From positions 915,050-979,049 of the forward strand of contig CAZVYK010000001.1 of NCBI GenBank assembly GCA_964630915.1: a stretch of DNA of 64,000 nt, written 5' to 3'. Both the position numbers and the translations under genes were made by a program. The notes below the pieces were generated by a model that saw only the letters and a list, made by a program, of their open reading frames with translations, did not search any database and was not told the DNA's origin. Position 1 is the stretch's first letter; the number at the start of each line of letters is the position of its first letter. Of this stretch, positions 1-9,083 are shown in pieces. The DNA is from an uncultured Caldisericales bacterium (GTDB taxonomy: Bacteria; Caldisericota; Caldisericia; Caldisericales; Caldisericaceae).

Positions 1-1734
1 ACGGTGAACTCTCCTCTTCCCAATGGGACAGTAATCAACAACACTGTCTCAATTGGCTCTTCAGAAACGGGTCCCGTAACTGATACAGAGGAAACGATAG
101 TAACGAGTACCACTCCTTCAATAGTAACTTCAAAGACTCCCGATACACAGACACTTGTCTTGGGAAGCGTCATAACATGGACAATAAGAGCAACAAACAA
201 CGGCACAGCGGTTCTTACAAACGTAAGAATTGTTGACATCTTACCGATCTACTTAATGTACGTCGGCACAAACTCAATTACCCTTACAGGAACAGGCACA
301 AGAACTTCTGTGATAAATCCTGTATACGGCAGCATGGGAACGATCACATGGGGTGAATGGACACTGAGTCCTGGTGCAACAATCACCATAAGCTTCAATG
401 TGACAACAATACCGGGTGCCCCGATAGGGACTTACACAAACAGGGCTTATACAACGAGCAATGAATACACTTCAGGACAAGACACAGCTTCCGTTAACAT
501 TTACGAGATTTACATACCACCTACTCCACCAACGCCTCCCACGCCACCAACTCCACCTCCTGCTCCACCCGAAATCCCTGAGATTGAATTTGAAAAGAAC
601 GGACCTGCAGAAGCTTACTGGGGAGAAACGGTAAAATACACGATAACCCTTAACAACATTGGCCCTTATGTTACTAACGTCGTGATTTACGACTACTTGC
701 CTCCTCAGGCAACTTTTGTTGATGCCTCTCCTGTTTACAAGTACGATGAAGCCACGAATACGGTAACCTGGAAGTATGACGATATTTTAAGCCAGGACGT
801 AAAGGAACTCTGGGTCAAGGTAGTGCTTAAGGGCGAGTGCGGTGCAACTGCAAAGAACAAAGCGGTTGTGAACGCTGATTATCTCCCCGAAATCCTTGTT
901 TCTGAAGTTGAGACAAAGATTCTTTGTGAAGTAGTCTACCATCAAAACTTCTTCTCAGGTTACCCCGACAAGACTTATAAGCCAGAAAGACCCGTTTCAA
1001 GAGCAGAAGTAGCTTCATCGCTTGGAAGAGCACTTGGGCTTCCTTACCTTGAGTACGGCGTTGACGTCAATAGCCAGACGTTCCCTGATGTCTCGCCTAA
1101 GTTCTGGGCTTATGGAAACATAGAGGCAGCTTTCAGGGAGAAGCTTGTTTTGGGATATCCCAACGGAACTTACGGGCCTAACAGGTTTATTACAAGGGCA
1201 GAAGTTGCGATGATATTCTTTAGACTCCTGAATCTCAAGCCTGAGTACCCGTCAAAGCCAACGTTTAAAGATTTAAGTGCATCTCACTGGGCATATGGAG
1301 CGGTTGAAGCAATAGCAAAGAAGGGAATCATTCTTGGGTACCCGGATGGCACGTTCAAGCCTGATCAGTACATAACAAGAGCTGAATATGTCACTGTTGC
1401 ATGCAAGAGTCTGTTTAGAAGAGGACCATTTAAGAATGGTATTACAAGCAATCCTTATCCAGACATCACACAAAATCACTGGGCGTATGACTACATTATG
1501 GAAGCTTCTGTGCCTCACCTGGTGGTCAACCCTGAAAGACTTGAAAACCTCATAATTATCCCGAGCAAGAAAATTCCTCTGTACTCAGAAAAATCCTATT
1601 CAAAGATAATAATACCTCAATTAGGAGAAGTTGTTGTTGCTATTGTGCCTGTTGATGGGCTAAACCCTGATGGAACGGACCCTAAGGAAAGATCAGTTAC
1701 CGTGAGGATCATAGTGAAAGGCGGCTTGCCGTAG
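1..1734 (+). CDS. Cell-surface protein, 5'-truncated at the window edge: DUF11-like repeat region, PT-rich linker, three C-terminal SLH (S-layer homology) repeats
   Basis: ORF 4-1734 is open to the window start. Linker PTPPTPPTPPTPPPAPP. Three ~55-aa repeats (FPDVSPKFWAYGNIEAA.., FKDLSASHWAYGAVEAI.., YPDITQNHWAYDYIMEA..) with ITRAE motifs typical of SLH domains. Confidence 0.75.
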   Translation, partial: TVNSPLPNGTVINNTVSIGSSETGPVTDTEETIVTSTTPSIVTSKTPDTQTLVLGSVITWTIRATNNGTAVLTNVRIVDILPIYLMYVGTNSITLTGTGTRTSVINPVYGSMGTITWGEWTLSPGATITISFNVTTIPGAPIGTYTNRAYTTSNEYTSGQDTASVNIYEIYIPPTPPTPPTPPTPPPAPPEIPEIEFEKNGPAEAYWGETVKYTITLNNIGPYVTNVVIYDYLPPQATFVDASPVYKYDEATNTVTWKYDDILSQDVKELWVKVVLKGECGATAKNKAVVNADYLPEILVSEVETKILCEVVYHQNFFSGYPDKTYKPERPVSRAEVASSLGRALGLPYLEYGVDVNSQTFPDVSPKFWAYGNIEAAFREKLVLGYPNGTYGPNRFITRAEVAMIFFRLLNLKPEYPSKPTFKDLSASHWAYGAVEAIAKKGIILGYPDGTFKPDQYITRAEYVTVACKSLFRRGPFKNGITSNPYPDITQNHWAYDYIMEASVPHLVVNPERLENLIIIPSKKIPLYSEKSYSKIIIPQLGEVVVAIVPVDGLNPDGTDPKERSVTVRIIVKGGLP

Positions 1735-1749
1735 ATTAAAGCATTTGAA

Positions 1750-1772
1750 GGGGGCGAAAGCCCCCTTTTTTT
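1750..1772 (+). terminator. Rho-independent terminator
   Basis: GGGGGC-GAAA-GCCCCC hairpin followed by T7, immediately after the stop at 1734. Confidence 0.7.
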
Positions 1773-1792
1773 GTTTAACTTGTTAACACCTA

Positions 1793-1821
1793 TTGACAAG
1801 AATCAAAATTTTATGTAAAAT
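1793..1821 (+). promoter_or_regulatory. sigma70-like promoter (TTGACA-17 nt-TAAAAT)
   Basis: TTGACA at 1793-1798 and TAAAAT at 1816-1821 with a 17-nt spacer, ~30 nt upstream of the tandem structured elements. Confidence 0.5.
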
Positions 1822-1852
1822 TATAAGCAGTATAAAACTGAAGAGCATTTGA

Positions 1853-1936
1853 GTACCAAGAGGCGTTGACCTTCAGATCCCAATGTGGGCGTCAGGGGAC
1901 TGAAGCGAGCCAGTGACGCAACCGGCTTGGTTTTTT
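1853..1936 (+). promoter_or_regulatory. Candidate structured leader RNA element, copy 1 of 2
   Basis: Conserved 5' flank GTACCAAGAGGCGTTGA and 3' flank GAGCCAGTGACGCAACCGGCTTGG + T-tract. Central hairpin CTTCAG..CTGAAG. CCAAG/CTTGG can close an outer helix. Confidence 0.4.
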
Positions 1937-1965
1937 GCGTTTAAAGGCAAGACCAGGCAAGAAAG

Positions 1966-2049
1966 GTACCAAGAGGCGTTGAATCCTCGCACCCTAAATG
2001 GGCGCCATGGAGCGAGGATGAGCCAGTGGCGCAACCGGCTTGGTTTTAT
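1966..2049 (+). promoter_or_regulatory. Candidate structured leader RNA element, copy 2 of 2
   Basis: Same conserved flanks as copy 1 (GTACCAAGAGGCGTTGA ... GAGCCAGTGGCGCAACCGGCTTGGTTTT). Central hairpin replaced by ATCCTCGC..GCGAGGAT, a compensatory change. 113-nt period. Confidence 0.4.
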
Positions 2050-2117
2050 TATTCTGGGGATTTTCCCGGGCCGTCGCCCGCTGCACGCTGATGTAGCGCC
2101 CGAAAGGGAGAGGGAAA

Positions 2118-3521
2118 ATGACCAGAACAAAGACAGCGATTGTAAGTACGTTGATCAGAGTCGTACTTGTCTTTGTGCTCTTTGTTGCTCTTTTCTTGCC
2201 TGTAACTGTTATTCCTCAACAAAGATCATTAGAGCCATCTTACATCAAGATTGATTTTGATGATGACGTAAGTCAACTTGTGCCAGCGGGTGTTTTAGTA
2301 AGAAAGAGTAATAATAGTGTTGCTCGCGCTGCATCTGAGATTGTCAAACCGGTTGTTGGAACACTCAAGCCACTGGTCTTTCTTGTAGACTTTCCCGATT
2401 TGAGAGCAAACCATACAATTTCAGCTCCTGAATTCTATCAGGAACTGCTTTTCAAAGAGGGCAACAGAAGCCTGCATGATTTTTACCTTGAGAACTCTTA
2501 TGGAAAGCTTGAAGTCAAAGGTAGCGTATTTGGAAAGTGGGTTACGGCTCCTATGAATTACGTTTATTATGAAGGCAACTACAGGGGAATGGGCTTCTAT
2601 CCGAACAACACACAGAGGCTTGTAGAGGATATCATAAAGATAGTGGATCGAGAGATTGACTTCTCGCAGTATGATGGAAACAGTGACGGACTTGTAGATG
2701 GCTTATTCGTAATCTACGCAGGTCAGAGGGCTGATACAAAGAACCCTGGTAGGATTTACCCGCATCAGTGGAGTATAAGTCCCGTGAAGAAAGATGGAGT
2801 AGTCATTTCCTCGTATACTGTCATTCCTGAATACAGAAGCGTGCCTGGAGATACTACAATCGGAGTCTTCTGCCACGAATTTGGCCACATTATTGGGGCG
2901 GTTGATATGTACGACCTAGACGGGCTTGTTTACCAGAGTTATGACGGAAAAAGGTCTTACGGTCTTGGGAAGTGGAGCGTGATGGCATATGGTACATATG
3001 GTACAACTAAACTTTTCGGAGATACACCTTCTCATTTTGACGCGTGGCACAAGATTAAGCTTGGATGGCTAGAGCCCGTTGTGATCAAAGAATCAGTGAG
3101 CAACATCGAATTAAAAGCAGTTGGGAGAAAAGACGGAACAGTCTTGAAAATTGTCAATCCCGAAAATCCTTGCGAATACTTCCTCATTGAATACAGGAAG
3201 AAGAGCGGTTTTAACAGCTCGATTCCTGGCGAGGGAATTCTCATCTATCACATTGATGAGAGAATGGACTCAAATAATTATGCATGGACGCCTGGCACTA
3301 ATTCCGACAAGCACTATCTGGTTTCAGTTGTCCAGGCGGATGGCAAGTGGGACCTCGAGAATTGCATGAATCTTGGGGACAAAGGAGATGTTTACTACTC
3401 GAGCGCATCTTTTGAGATTTCGAATATCCAATACTACGGCGCCAAACAATCGGCTTTCACTATTAAGAATGTTGAAGTTGAGGAAGGCTTTGTAAAGCTT
3501 GATTTAGTAATGCAAAATTAA
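2118..3521 (+). CDS. Secreted M6-family (immune inhibitor A-like) zinc metalloprotease
   Basis: N-terminal TM/signal segment. HEFGHIIGAVDMYD zinc-binding motif (HEXXH..D) characteristic of peptidase M6. Strong RBS GGGAGAGGG before the ATG. Confidence 0.7.
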   Translation: MTRTKTAIVSTLIRVVLVFVLFVALFLPVTVIPQQRSLEPSYIKIDFDDDVSQLVPAGVLVRKSNNSVARAASEIVKPVVGTLKPLVFLVDFPDLRANHTISAPEFYQELLFKEGNRSLHDFYLENSYGKLEVKGSVFGKWVTAPMNYVYYEGNYRGMGFYPNNTQRLVEDIIKIVDREIDFSQYDGNSDGLVDGLFVIYAGQRADTKNPGRIYPHQWSISPVKKDGVVISSYTVIPEYRSVPGDTTIGVFCHEFGHIIGAVDMYDLDGLVYQSYDGKRSYGLGKWSVMAYGTYGTTKLFGDTPSHFDAWHKIKLGWLEPVVIKESVSNIELKAVGRKDGTVLKIVNPENPCEYFLIEYRKKSGFNSSIPGEGILIYHIDERMDSNNYAWTPGTNSDKHYLVSVVQADGKWDLENCMNLGDKGDVYYSSASFEISNIQYYGAKQSAFTIKNVEVEEGFVKLDLVMQN

Positions 3522-3553
3522 ATAGCATAACTGTTTTCCCCTCCTAAACATAG

Positions 3554-3583
3554 GGCAGGCTTCCCCAGCCTGCCTTCTTTCTT
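3554..3583. terminator. Bidirectional terminator hairpin between convergent genes
   Basis: GGCAGGC-TTCCCCA-GCCTGCC followed by TTCTTTCTT, between the stop at 3521 (+) and the stop at 3590 (-). Confidence 0.55.
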
Positions 3584-3589
3584 GATGGC

Positions 3590-4606
3590 TTAGTGTTGCA
3601 AGGGGAGCTCAACTCGATTTTCTATTCTGTGCCTTTCAATCGCTATTTCCAGTATGTCGTTTACCAGGTCATCGTATGTTTTGCCGTAAAGCTTGTATAT
3701 TCTTGGGAAATCAGAGTGCTCCGGATCAAGTCCAGGCAGTGGGTTGACTTCAAGAACGAAGGGATTTCCATTTTCGTCTACTCTTAGGTCAAATCTTGCA
3801 ACATCTCTGTTTCTCAAGGCAATGAATGCTCTCACACACATTTCCTGTATTTCAGCCAGTTTTTCATCAGGCAGCCTTGCGGGTAGGTAGTAGTTGGCTT
3901 TTGAAGAATAGTCTGTCTTAAATTTATAGGTCTGTATGCCAAATGCTGATGCCCTAAGCTCTCTCTTTGAGAGTGGAGAGAAGTCTATTTCCATAGGAGG
4001 CAAAGCCCTTGGCGGGAAGTTGCCCATTACTCCGACAGTGATCTCTATTCCTTCGATGAATTCTTCCACAAGAACAGGCGTGCGGAATTTCTGGAAGAGC
4101 TCCAAAATGTTTTTTCTAGCCTCTTCCTCGCTGCGACAGACTGATTTTGCGGTGATTCCCATACTTGAACCTTCAAATGGAGGTTTTACAATGACGGGGA
4201 ATTTCACTCCCTCAATGTGAATTCCACCGTTCGGCCGCACAACAGTGTAGTTAGGAGTAGGAACATTTGCAAATTTCAGCACATCCTTAGTCATTATCTT
4301 GTCCATTGATATTGCAAGAGAAAGAACATTCGATCCAGTGTATGGTATTTTCAGCTCGTCAAGTATCGCAGGAACAAAAGCCTCTCTGTGAGGGCCATTT
4401 TTCCCCTCCGCAATGTTGAAAACAAACTGAGGCCTGTCAAGAACAAGCGAGTAGAATAGAAGAGGAGAGGTTGCCTCATAGAGTTTTACCCTGTGACCTC
4501 TTGATTCAAGAGCCTTTACGACTGCTTCGATAGTCTCTGGCCTGTCAAATTCAGTCTCTCTGAGACTGTCGCTTCTCTTAAGATTGTGAGTCAAACCAAT
4601 TCTCAT
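3590..4606 (-). CDS. ddl: D-alanine--D-alanine ligase family ATP-grasp enzyme
   Basis: MRIGLTHN start. Motifs EGSSMGITAKSV and EEFIEGIEITVGVMGN match the Ddl ATP-grasp signature (GSSVGI / EEFIxGxEIxVxVLGN). Start chosen at the internal Met 11 of the track ORF. Confidence 0.6.
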   Translation of the reverse strand: MRIGLTHNLKRSDSLRETEFDRPETIEAVVKALESRGHRVKLYEATSPLLFYSLVLDRPQFVFNIAEGKNGPHREAFVPAILDELKIPYTGSNVLSLAISMDKIMTKDVLKFANVPTPNYTVVRPNGGIHIEGVKFPVIVKPPFEGSSMGITAKSVCRSEEEARKNILELFQKFRTPVLVEEFIEGIEITVGVMGNFPPRALPPMEIDFSPLSKRELRASAFGIQTYKFKTDYSSKANYYLPARLPDEKLAEIQEMCVRAFIALRNRDVARFDLRVDENGNPFVLEVNPLPGLDPEHSDFPRIYKLYGKTYDDLVNDILEIAIERHRIENRVELPLQH

Positions 4607-4662
4607 CGTTTTTACAATTGAAAATAATAGCAACAATTAGTTTTTAGTCAAGTTTTTGAATT

Positions 4663-5145
4663 CTAAGGATTAAAGAATACAAAAGGGTTTGACTTTAGAA
4701 TTTCATCAACTTCTCGCCAGCCCTCATAGAAAGCATAGTTGTACCTTGGAGGTAATGCAAACACATAGAGATTATTTCTTCCAAGCTCTGTTGGAGGAAA
4801 AGGTGCTGCGCTTACAGATAGAGTTTCGCCTTCGATCATTTTCCACTGTTCTATCGTGAAAACCATTATTGGTATGTCCTGATAGGGTTTCTCTCCCGTC
4901 CAGTTGGGATTTCTGATGATGATCACAGGTCCTTTGTCCGTTGGCATGTCTGTTGCTTCGTCAATCCTGTATCCTAGCCAGTAGTTCTCAAGTACCGAAA
5001 ATCCTTTCCAGTTCCGCGGAAGTGAAATTGAAAAGCCGTAGAATTCGTTCTTGTACCTGACAGCTGAGTTTGCTAAGTACGCCACGACTGCCAATATGCA
5101 CAAGACAAGCAGTACGGATAATGAAAGCAATACTTTCTTTCTCAT
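4663..5145 (-). CDS. Hypothetical membrane-anchored or secreted protein
   Basis: N-terminal hydrophobic helix MRKKVLLSLSVLLVLCILAVVAYLA. No recognisable motifs. Confidence 0.4.
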   Translation of the reverse strand: MRKKVLLSLSVLLVLCILAVVAYLANSAVRYKNEFYGFSISLPRNWKGFSVLENYWLGYRIDEATDMPTDKGPVIIIRNPNWTGEKPYQDIPIMVFTIEQWKMIEGETLSVSAAPFPPTELGRNNLYVFALPPRYNYAFYEGWREVDEILKSNPFVFFNP

Positions 5146-5207
5146 ACAATCAATCATACACAAACTGCAGAAATTGCAAAGGAAAAGGTTTAAAGGCGTA
5201 ATGCAAC

Positions 5208-5627
5208 CTATTTGTGGTATTTCTCTCCCCTCATAATTGTAAATGCTCTGTATAGCTGCTCGAGAATGATTAGCCTTGCAAGTTCATGCGGGAAAGTCAT
5301 CTCCGAAAGGCTCAAAACAGCGTCACCGCTCGCAACAAAGTCTGCAGGGAAGCCCTCTGCTCCGCCAACAAAAAAAGCAAGGTCCTTCTGTGAGCGTGCA
5401 ATGTGATTTTCAAGAAAACCCGCAAATTCAAGAGAGTGCATTTGCCTACCCGTTCTATCAAGAATGACATTGAAATTTTCCTTTTTATGACTGAGTAGTA
5501 TGGACTCTTCGGTAAGCTCGAAAACATCTATGTTTATGTAGTGCCGAAGCCTTGAAATATAGTCATCTGCTGCCTGCTTAAAGTATCCCTTTTTGAGTTT
5601 GCCAACAGCATAAATCTTTATCTTCAC
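5208..5627 (-). CDS. rlmH: 23S rRNA (pseudouridine1915-N3)-methyltransferase RlmH (SPOUT family)
   Basis: 139 aa, MKIKIYAVGKLKKGYFKQAADDYISRL..., C-terminal FPHELARLIILEQLYRAFTIMRGEKYHK typical of RlmH/YbeA. Confidence 0.8.
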   Translation of the reverse strand: MKIKIYAVGKLKKGYFKQAADDYISRLRHYINIDVFELTEESILLSHKKENFNVILDRTGRQMHSLEFAGFLENHIARSQKDLAFFVGGAEGFPADFVASGDAVLSLSEMTFPHELARLIILEQLYRAFTIMRGEKYHK

Positions 5628-5684
5628 AGCACATTCTCCATTTTCATTCTATATCAAAAAGCTCTTTTCCATTAAAATAGAAGG

Positions 5685-6668
5685 GTGAAGATAGAGGGCT
5701 GTAGTGTTGTCTTTGAATGGAAGGGAAATGCGCGCAGAGTCTTCGTCGGAGGGGATTTCAACAACTTTCGAAGAGAGCCATTAAGGAAAGTAAGCGACAA
5801 TTACTGGATCCTGGAAAAGACTCTTCCAGAAGACGGCAGGTTTGACTATCTTTTCTTTGTTGACGGAAAACAAAAGCTCGACCCTGAAAACCCTTTGACG
5901 CAGGCAGGAGGATTTGGGGTAAAGTCGGAACTCAGAATGCCAGGATTCTCGTATCCGGAATACGTGCTTGAGAAATGCCCTGAAGAAGAGGAAGGCAAAG
6001 TATCGGAGTTTTCTTTATTTGACCCTGTATTCAATTACAATAGGAAAGTGATTATCTATGAGCCGAAGAGCAATGCAAGTAGAGCCTGTGAGCTTCTGAT
6101 CTTTCAAGACGGGACTGACTACGTGAATTACGCTTCAGCTGTGAAATGCCTCGACAACATGATCCGGGCGAAAAAGATACCTCCTGTCTATGCAGTTTTC
6201 GCAGAGGTAAGAGGAAGGACAAGGGGCAGGGAGTACACTAACTACAGAAAATACTCATTGTTTCTTAAGCAGGTCTTGGTAGATGAATTCAGGAAAAGGA
6301 CGGGAGGAGAACCAGAAAGGATCACTTTGATCGGAGCTTCTCTTGGAGGACATGTTTCTCTAAGCTGTGCCCTTGCATTTCCGGATCTTTTCATGAACGT
6401 TATCTCGCAGTCAGGGGCATTCTTTACCAAGCTACCAGAACCAAATGTAGCTTACAGGGGCAAGTTTTACATGAGCTGCGGAGTTTACGAGACGGCTCTT
6501 GGGGGAAGATTTGACCTTCTGAAAATGAACAGAGAAGTTAGTGCTAAGCTTAAAGAAAAAGGCCTAAAAGTGAAGTACAGAGAGTTTAATGACGGGCACT
6601 CCTACGGAAACTGGAAGGCGTGCCTTCCAGAGGCTCTGGAGTTTGTTTTGGCGGAGGCGCAATGGTAA
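5685..6668 (+). CDS. Esterase (putative-esterase/enterochelin-esterase fold) with N-terminal CBM48/E-set-like domain
   Basis: N-terminal VVFEWKGNARRVFVGGDFNNF (AMPK-beta/glycogen-binding-like). C-terminal alpha/beta hydrolase with GASLGGHVSL nucleophile elbow. Confidence 0.6.
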   Translation: MKIEGCSVVFEWKGNARRVFVGGDFNNFRREPLRKVSDNYWILEKTLPEDGRFDYLFFVDGKQKLDPENPLTQAGGFGVKSELRMPGFSYPEYVLEKCPEEEEGKVSEFSLFDPVFNYNRKVIIYEPKSNASRACELLIFQDGTDYVNYASAVKCLDNMIRAKKIPPVYAVFAEVRGRTRGREYTNYRKYSLFLKQVLVDEFRKRTGGEPERITLIGASLGGHVSLSCALAFPDLFMNVISQSGAFFTKLPEPNVAYRGKFYMSCGVYETALGGRFDLLKMNREVSAKLKEKGLKVKYREFNDGHSYGNWKACLPEALEFVLAEAQW

Positions 6669-7843
6669 CAAGAAGGCTGAAGAAGGAGGACCTTGAGCGC
6701 GAGCTCATCGCGATTGGGGCTGACCCGAGGTCGCACTTTTATTTCTTGAGGAAGTCTGAAGTGGTAATCATAAAGCTGCACGATGTGGATGCAAGAGGTG
6801 CGAACATACTTAAGCAGGAGTTCCTTAGTGCTGGTGGGGATGTTGCAGTGCACATGGATGTTGCAGGATTCAGGAAAGACAAAACTGACTGCATCGTCAT
6901 AGGAATGCCCAAGACTTATGCTACTGTCCTTGAAAAGCTGGAAAGGGAACCTTATTTTGGCTTGAAAAAGGTTTGCCAGGCTCTCAAAAACGCACTCGAG
7001 GAAAAGACCTCAGGGACAATGAAGATCGGAGGGAAAGTATTCGACTTTCAGAAGGATGTTTACATAATGGGCATCCTCAATGTTACGCCTGATTCGTTCT
7101 CTGACGGCGGAAAATTCCTTTCTGTTGAAGATGCTTTTGAGCACGCAAGACAACTTATCGAGGAAGGTGCGGACATCATAGACATCGGAGGCGAGTCAAC
7201 AAGGCCTGGTGCAGAAGCCGTGGACGAGCAGGTTGAAATCGAGAGGATCATACCCGTAATCTCGAAGATCAGGGAGATTTCTGATATTACTATCTCCGTT
7301 GACACTTACAAGAGCAGTGTCGCCAGGGCCGCCTTGAAGAACGGAGCCGACCTTGTAAATGATATAAGTGGTTTGAGGTTTGACCATAAAATGGTGGAGG
7401 TTGTAAGAGAGTTCAGCGTGCCTGTTGTGGTAATGCACATAAAAGGCACTCCCCGCGACATGCAGAAGAACCCGCAGTATTCAGATCTTATGAAGGAGCT
7501 TCTTGAGTACTTCGATGAAAGGATCTCGTCGCTTGAAAAAGCCGGTATAGAGCAGTTGATTATAGACCCCGGAATCGGATTCGGGAAAAGGTATGAGGAC
7601 AACCTGCGCATAATCAACAACCTCCATGAGTTTGCCGCTTTTGGAAAGCCAATCCTTATTGGTGCTTCAAGAAAGTCTTTTATTGGAACAGCCCTCGATG
7701 GACGAGAAGTGACTGAAAGGCTTTATGGGACTCTGGCTGCAAATGCCATTGCCGTATTGAACGGGGCTTCCATAATAAGGGTTCACGATATAAAACCGCA
7801 CAGGGACCTTTTGAAGATCATAAAGGCGGTGAAAAGTGGGTAG
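6662..7843 (+). CDS. folP: Dihydropteroate synthase with ~130-aa N-terminal extension
   Basis: IMGILNVTPDSFSDGG, ADIIDIGGESTRPG and GASRKSFIG pterin-binding motifs. ATG at 6662 overlaps the upstream stop (ATGGTAA). Confidence 0.85.
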   Translation: MVTRRLKKEDLERELIAIGADPRSHFYFLRKSEVVIIKLHDVDARGANILKQEFLSAGGDVAVHMDVAGFRKDKTDCIVIGMPKTYATVLEKLEREPYFGLKKVCQALKNALEEKTSGTMKIGGKVFDFQKDVYIMGILNVTPDSFSDGGKFLSVEDAFEHARQLIEEGADIIDIGGESTRPGAEAVDEQVEIERIIPVISKIREISDITISVDTYKSSVARAALKNGADLVNDISGLRFDHKMVEVVREFSVPVVVMHIKGTPRDMQKNPQYSDLMKELLEYFDERISSLEKAGIEQLIIDPGIGFGKRYEDNLRIINNLHEFAAFGKPILIGASRKSFIGTALDGREVTERLYGTLAANAIAVLNGASIIRVHDIKPHRDLLKIIKAVKSG

Positions 7844-8312
7844 CCAGGTAGTGACAGCCTACATTGGCATAGGAACAAATCTTGGAAACAGGATGAAGAA
7901 CATCGAAAAAGCACTTCTTCTCATGGTATCAAAAGGAATTGCCATAAAAAGGGTTTCAACAATTATAGAAACAGAGCCTTATGGCTTTTCACTACAACCA
8001 GAATTCCTGAACTGCGTTGTAGAGGCTGAAACAAACCTTACTCCACGCAAGCTTCTCGAAGCACTTCTATCGATTGAAATTGAAATGGGAAGAACAAGGT
8101 CTGTTAGGTGGGGGCCGAGAGTCATCGACCTTGACATAATTTTCTACGGGAGAAGCGTTGTCCTTGAAAAGGACCTCGCTATCCCTCACAGGGACATGCA
8201 CAACAGGGCTTTTGTCCTACAGCCTATGTGCGAGCTTGCCCCTGATTTCGTGCACCCTGTTCTAGAAAGGACTATGTGCGAGCTTCTCGAAAAGCTGGAG
8301 AGAGCAGAATGA
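7836..8312 (+). CDS. folK: 2-amino-4-hydroxy-6-hydroxymethyldihydropteridine pyrophosphokinase (HPPK)
   Basis: VTAYIGIGTNLGNR ... RWGPRVIDLDIIFYG ... HPRMHNRAFVL motifs. Overlaps the folP stop. Confidence 0.85.
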   Translation: MGSQVVTAYIGIGTNLGNRMKNIEKALLLMVSKGIAIKRVSTIIETEPYGFSLQPEFLNCVVEAETNLTPRKLLEALLSIEIEMGRTRSVRWGPRVIDLDIIFYGRSVVLEKDLAIPHRDMHNRAFVLQPMCELAPDFVHPVLERTMCELLEKLERAE

Positions 8313-9070
8313 AAGTGGCAACATGGAACGTCAATTCAATCAGGGCAAGGCTTGATATAGTTGTCAAATACCTCAGAGAGAATCCCATCGATGTCGTCGC
8401 CTTGCAGGAACTAAAGGCAGAAGATGGTAAATTTCCAAAGGAGCCATTTGAAGAAATGGGCTATTCGGTAGCAACAAATGGGCAAAAGGCATACAACGGA
8501 GTTGCCTTTCTTTCAAAGCCCCCGCTTGAAGATGTAAGGAAGGACGTTGTAGAATCAGGCGACCAAAAGAGGACAATCCAGGCAAGAATCAACGGAATAT
8601 TGTTCCTGAATGTCTATTTTCCACACGGTGGCTTAAGAGGGGAGGAGAAATTCTTCTTCAAGCTGGAGTTTTATAAGAGATTGAAAAACTACATCTTGCT
8701 TGAAGGATTTTTGTCTGAGAAGTTTGTATTACTTGGGGACTTCAACGTTGCACTCGAAGAAAGCGATGTATGGGATGCAAATCTTCTAAGTGGGGCGATT
8801 GGTTTCCTCGACGAGGAGAGGGAGGCACTCAGGGACCTTGTCTCTATCGGCCTTATCGACCCTTTGAGAATGAAGTACCCCTTGCAAAAAATCTTTACTT
8901 GGTGGGATTACAGGGCGGGAAGTTTCAGGAAGAATGAGGGCATGCGCATTGATTATATTCTACTGAACGTCCCGCTCAAGGAGTCCTTCAGGGATATTTA
9001 CGTTGATTTAGCACCAAGAAAGCTTGCGAACACGTCTGATCATGCGCCTGTAATCTTGGAAATTATATGA
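8309..9070 (+). CDS. xth: Exodeoxyribonuclease III (AP endonuclease, EEP family)
   Basis: MKVATWNVNSIRARL ... LQELK ... DFNV ... SDHAPV motifs. ATGA overlap with folK. Confidence 0.85.
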   Translation: MKVATWNVNSIRARLDIVVKYLRENPIDVVALQELKAEDGKFPKEPFEEMGYSVATNGQKAYNGVAFLSKPPLEDVRKDVVESGDQKRTIQARINGILFLNVYFPHGGLRGEEKFFFKLEFYKRLKNYILLEGFLSEKFVLLGDFNVALEESDVWDANLLSGAIGFLDEEREALRDLVSIGLIDPLRMKYPLQKIFTWWDYRAGSFRKNEGMRIDYILLNVPLKESFRDIYVDLAPRKLANTSDHAPVILEII

Positions 9071-9083
9071 AGAGGAGGTAAGA

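Noticed and set aside
1853-2049. Tandem elements as a glycine, c-di-GMP, ZTP, fluoride, cobalamin or TPP riboswitch
   Set aside because: None of the class-specific conserved blocks are present (for example no ACCGAAGGGGCAA, no GCUGAGA, no B12 box in full context). Left as unclassified.
1913-2254. 113-aa ORF on the plus strand overlapping the tandem RNA elements and the M6 protease start
   Set aside because: No RBS, and it overlaps the strong GGGAGAGGG-ATG start of the protease in another frame. The sequence is better explained as structured leader RNA.
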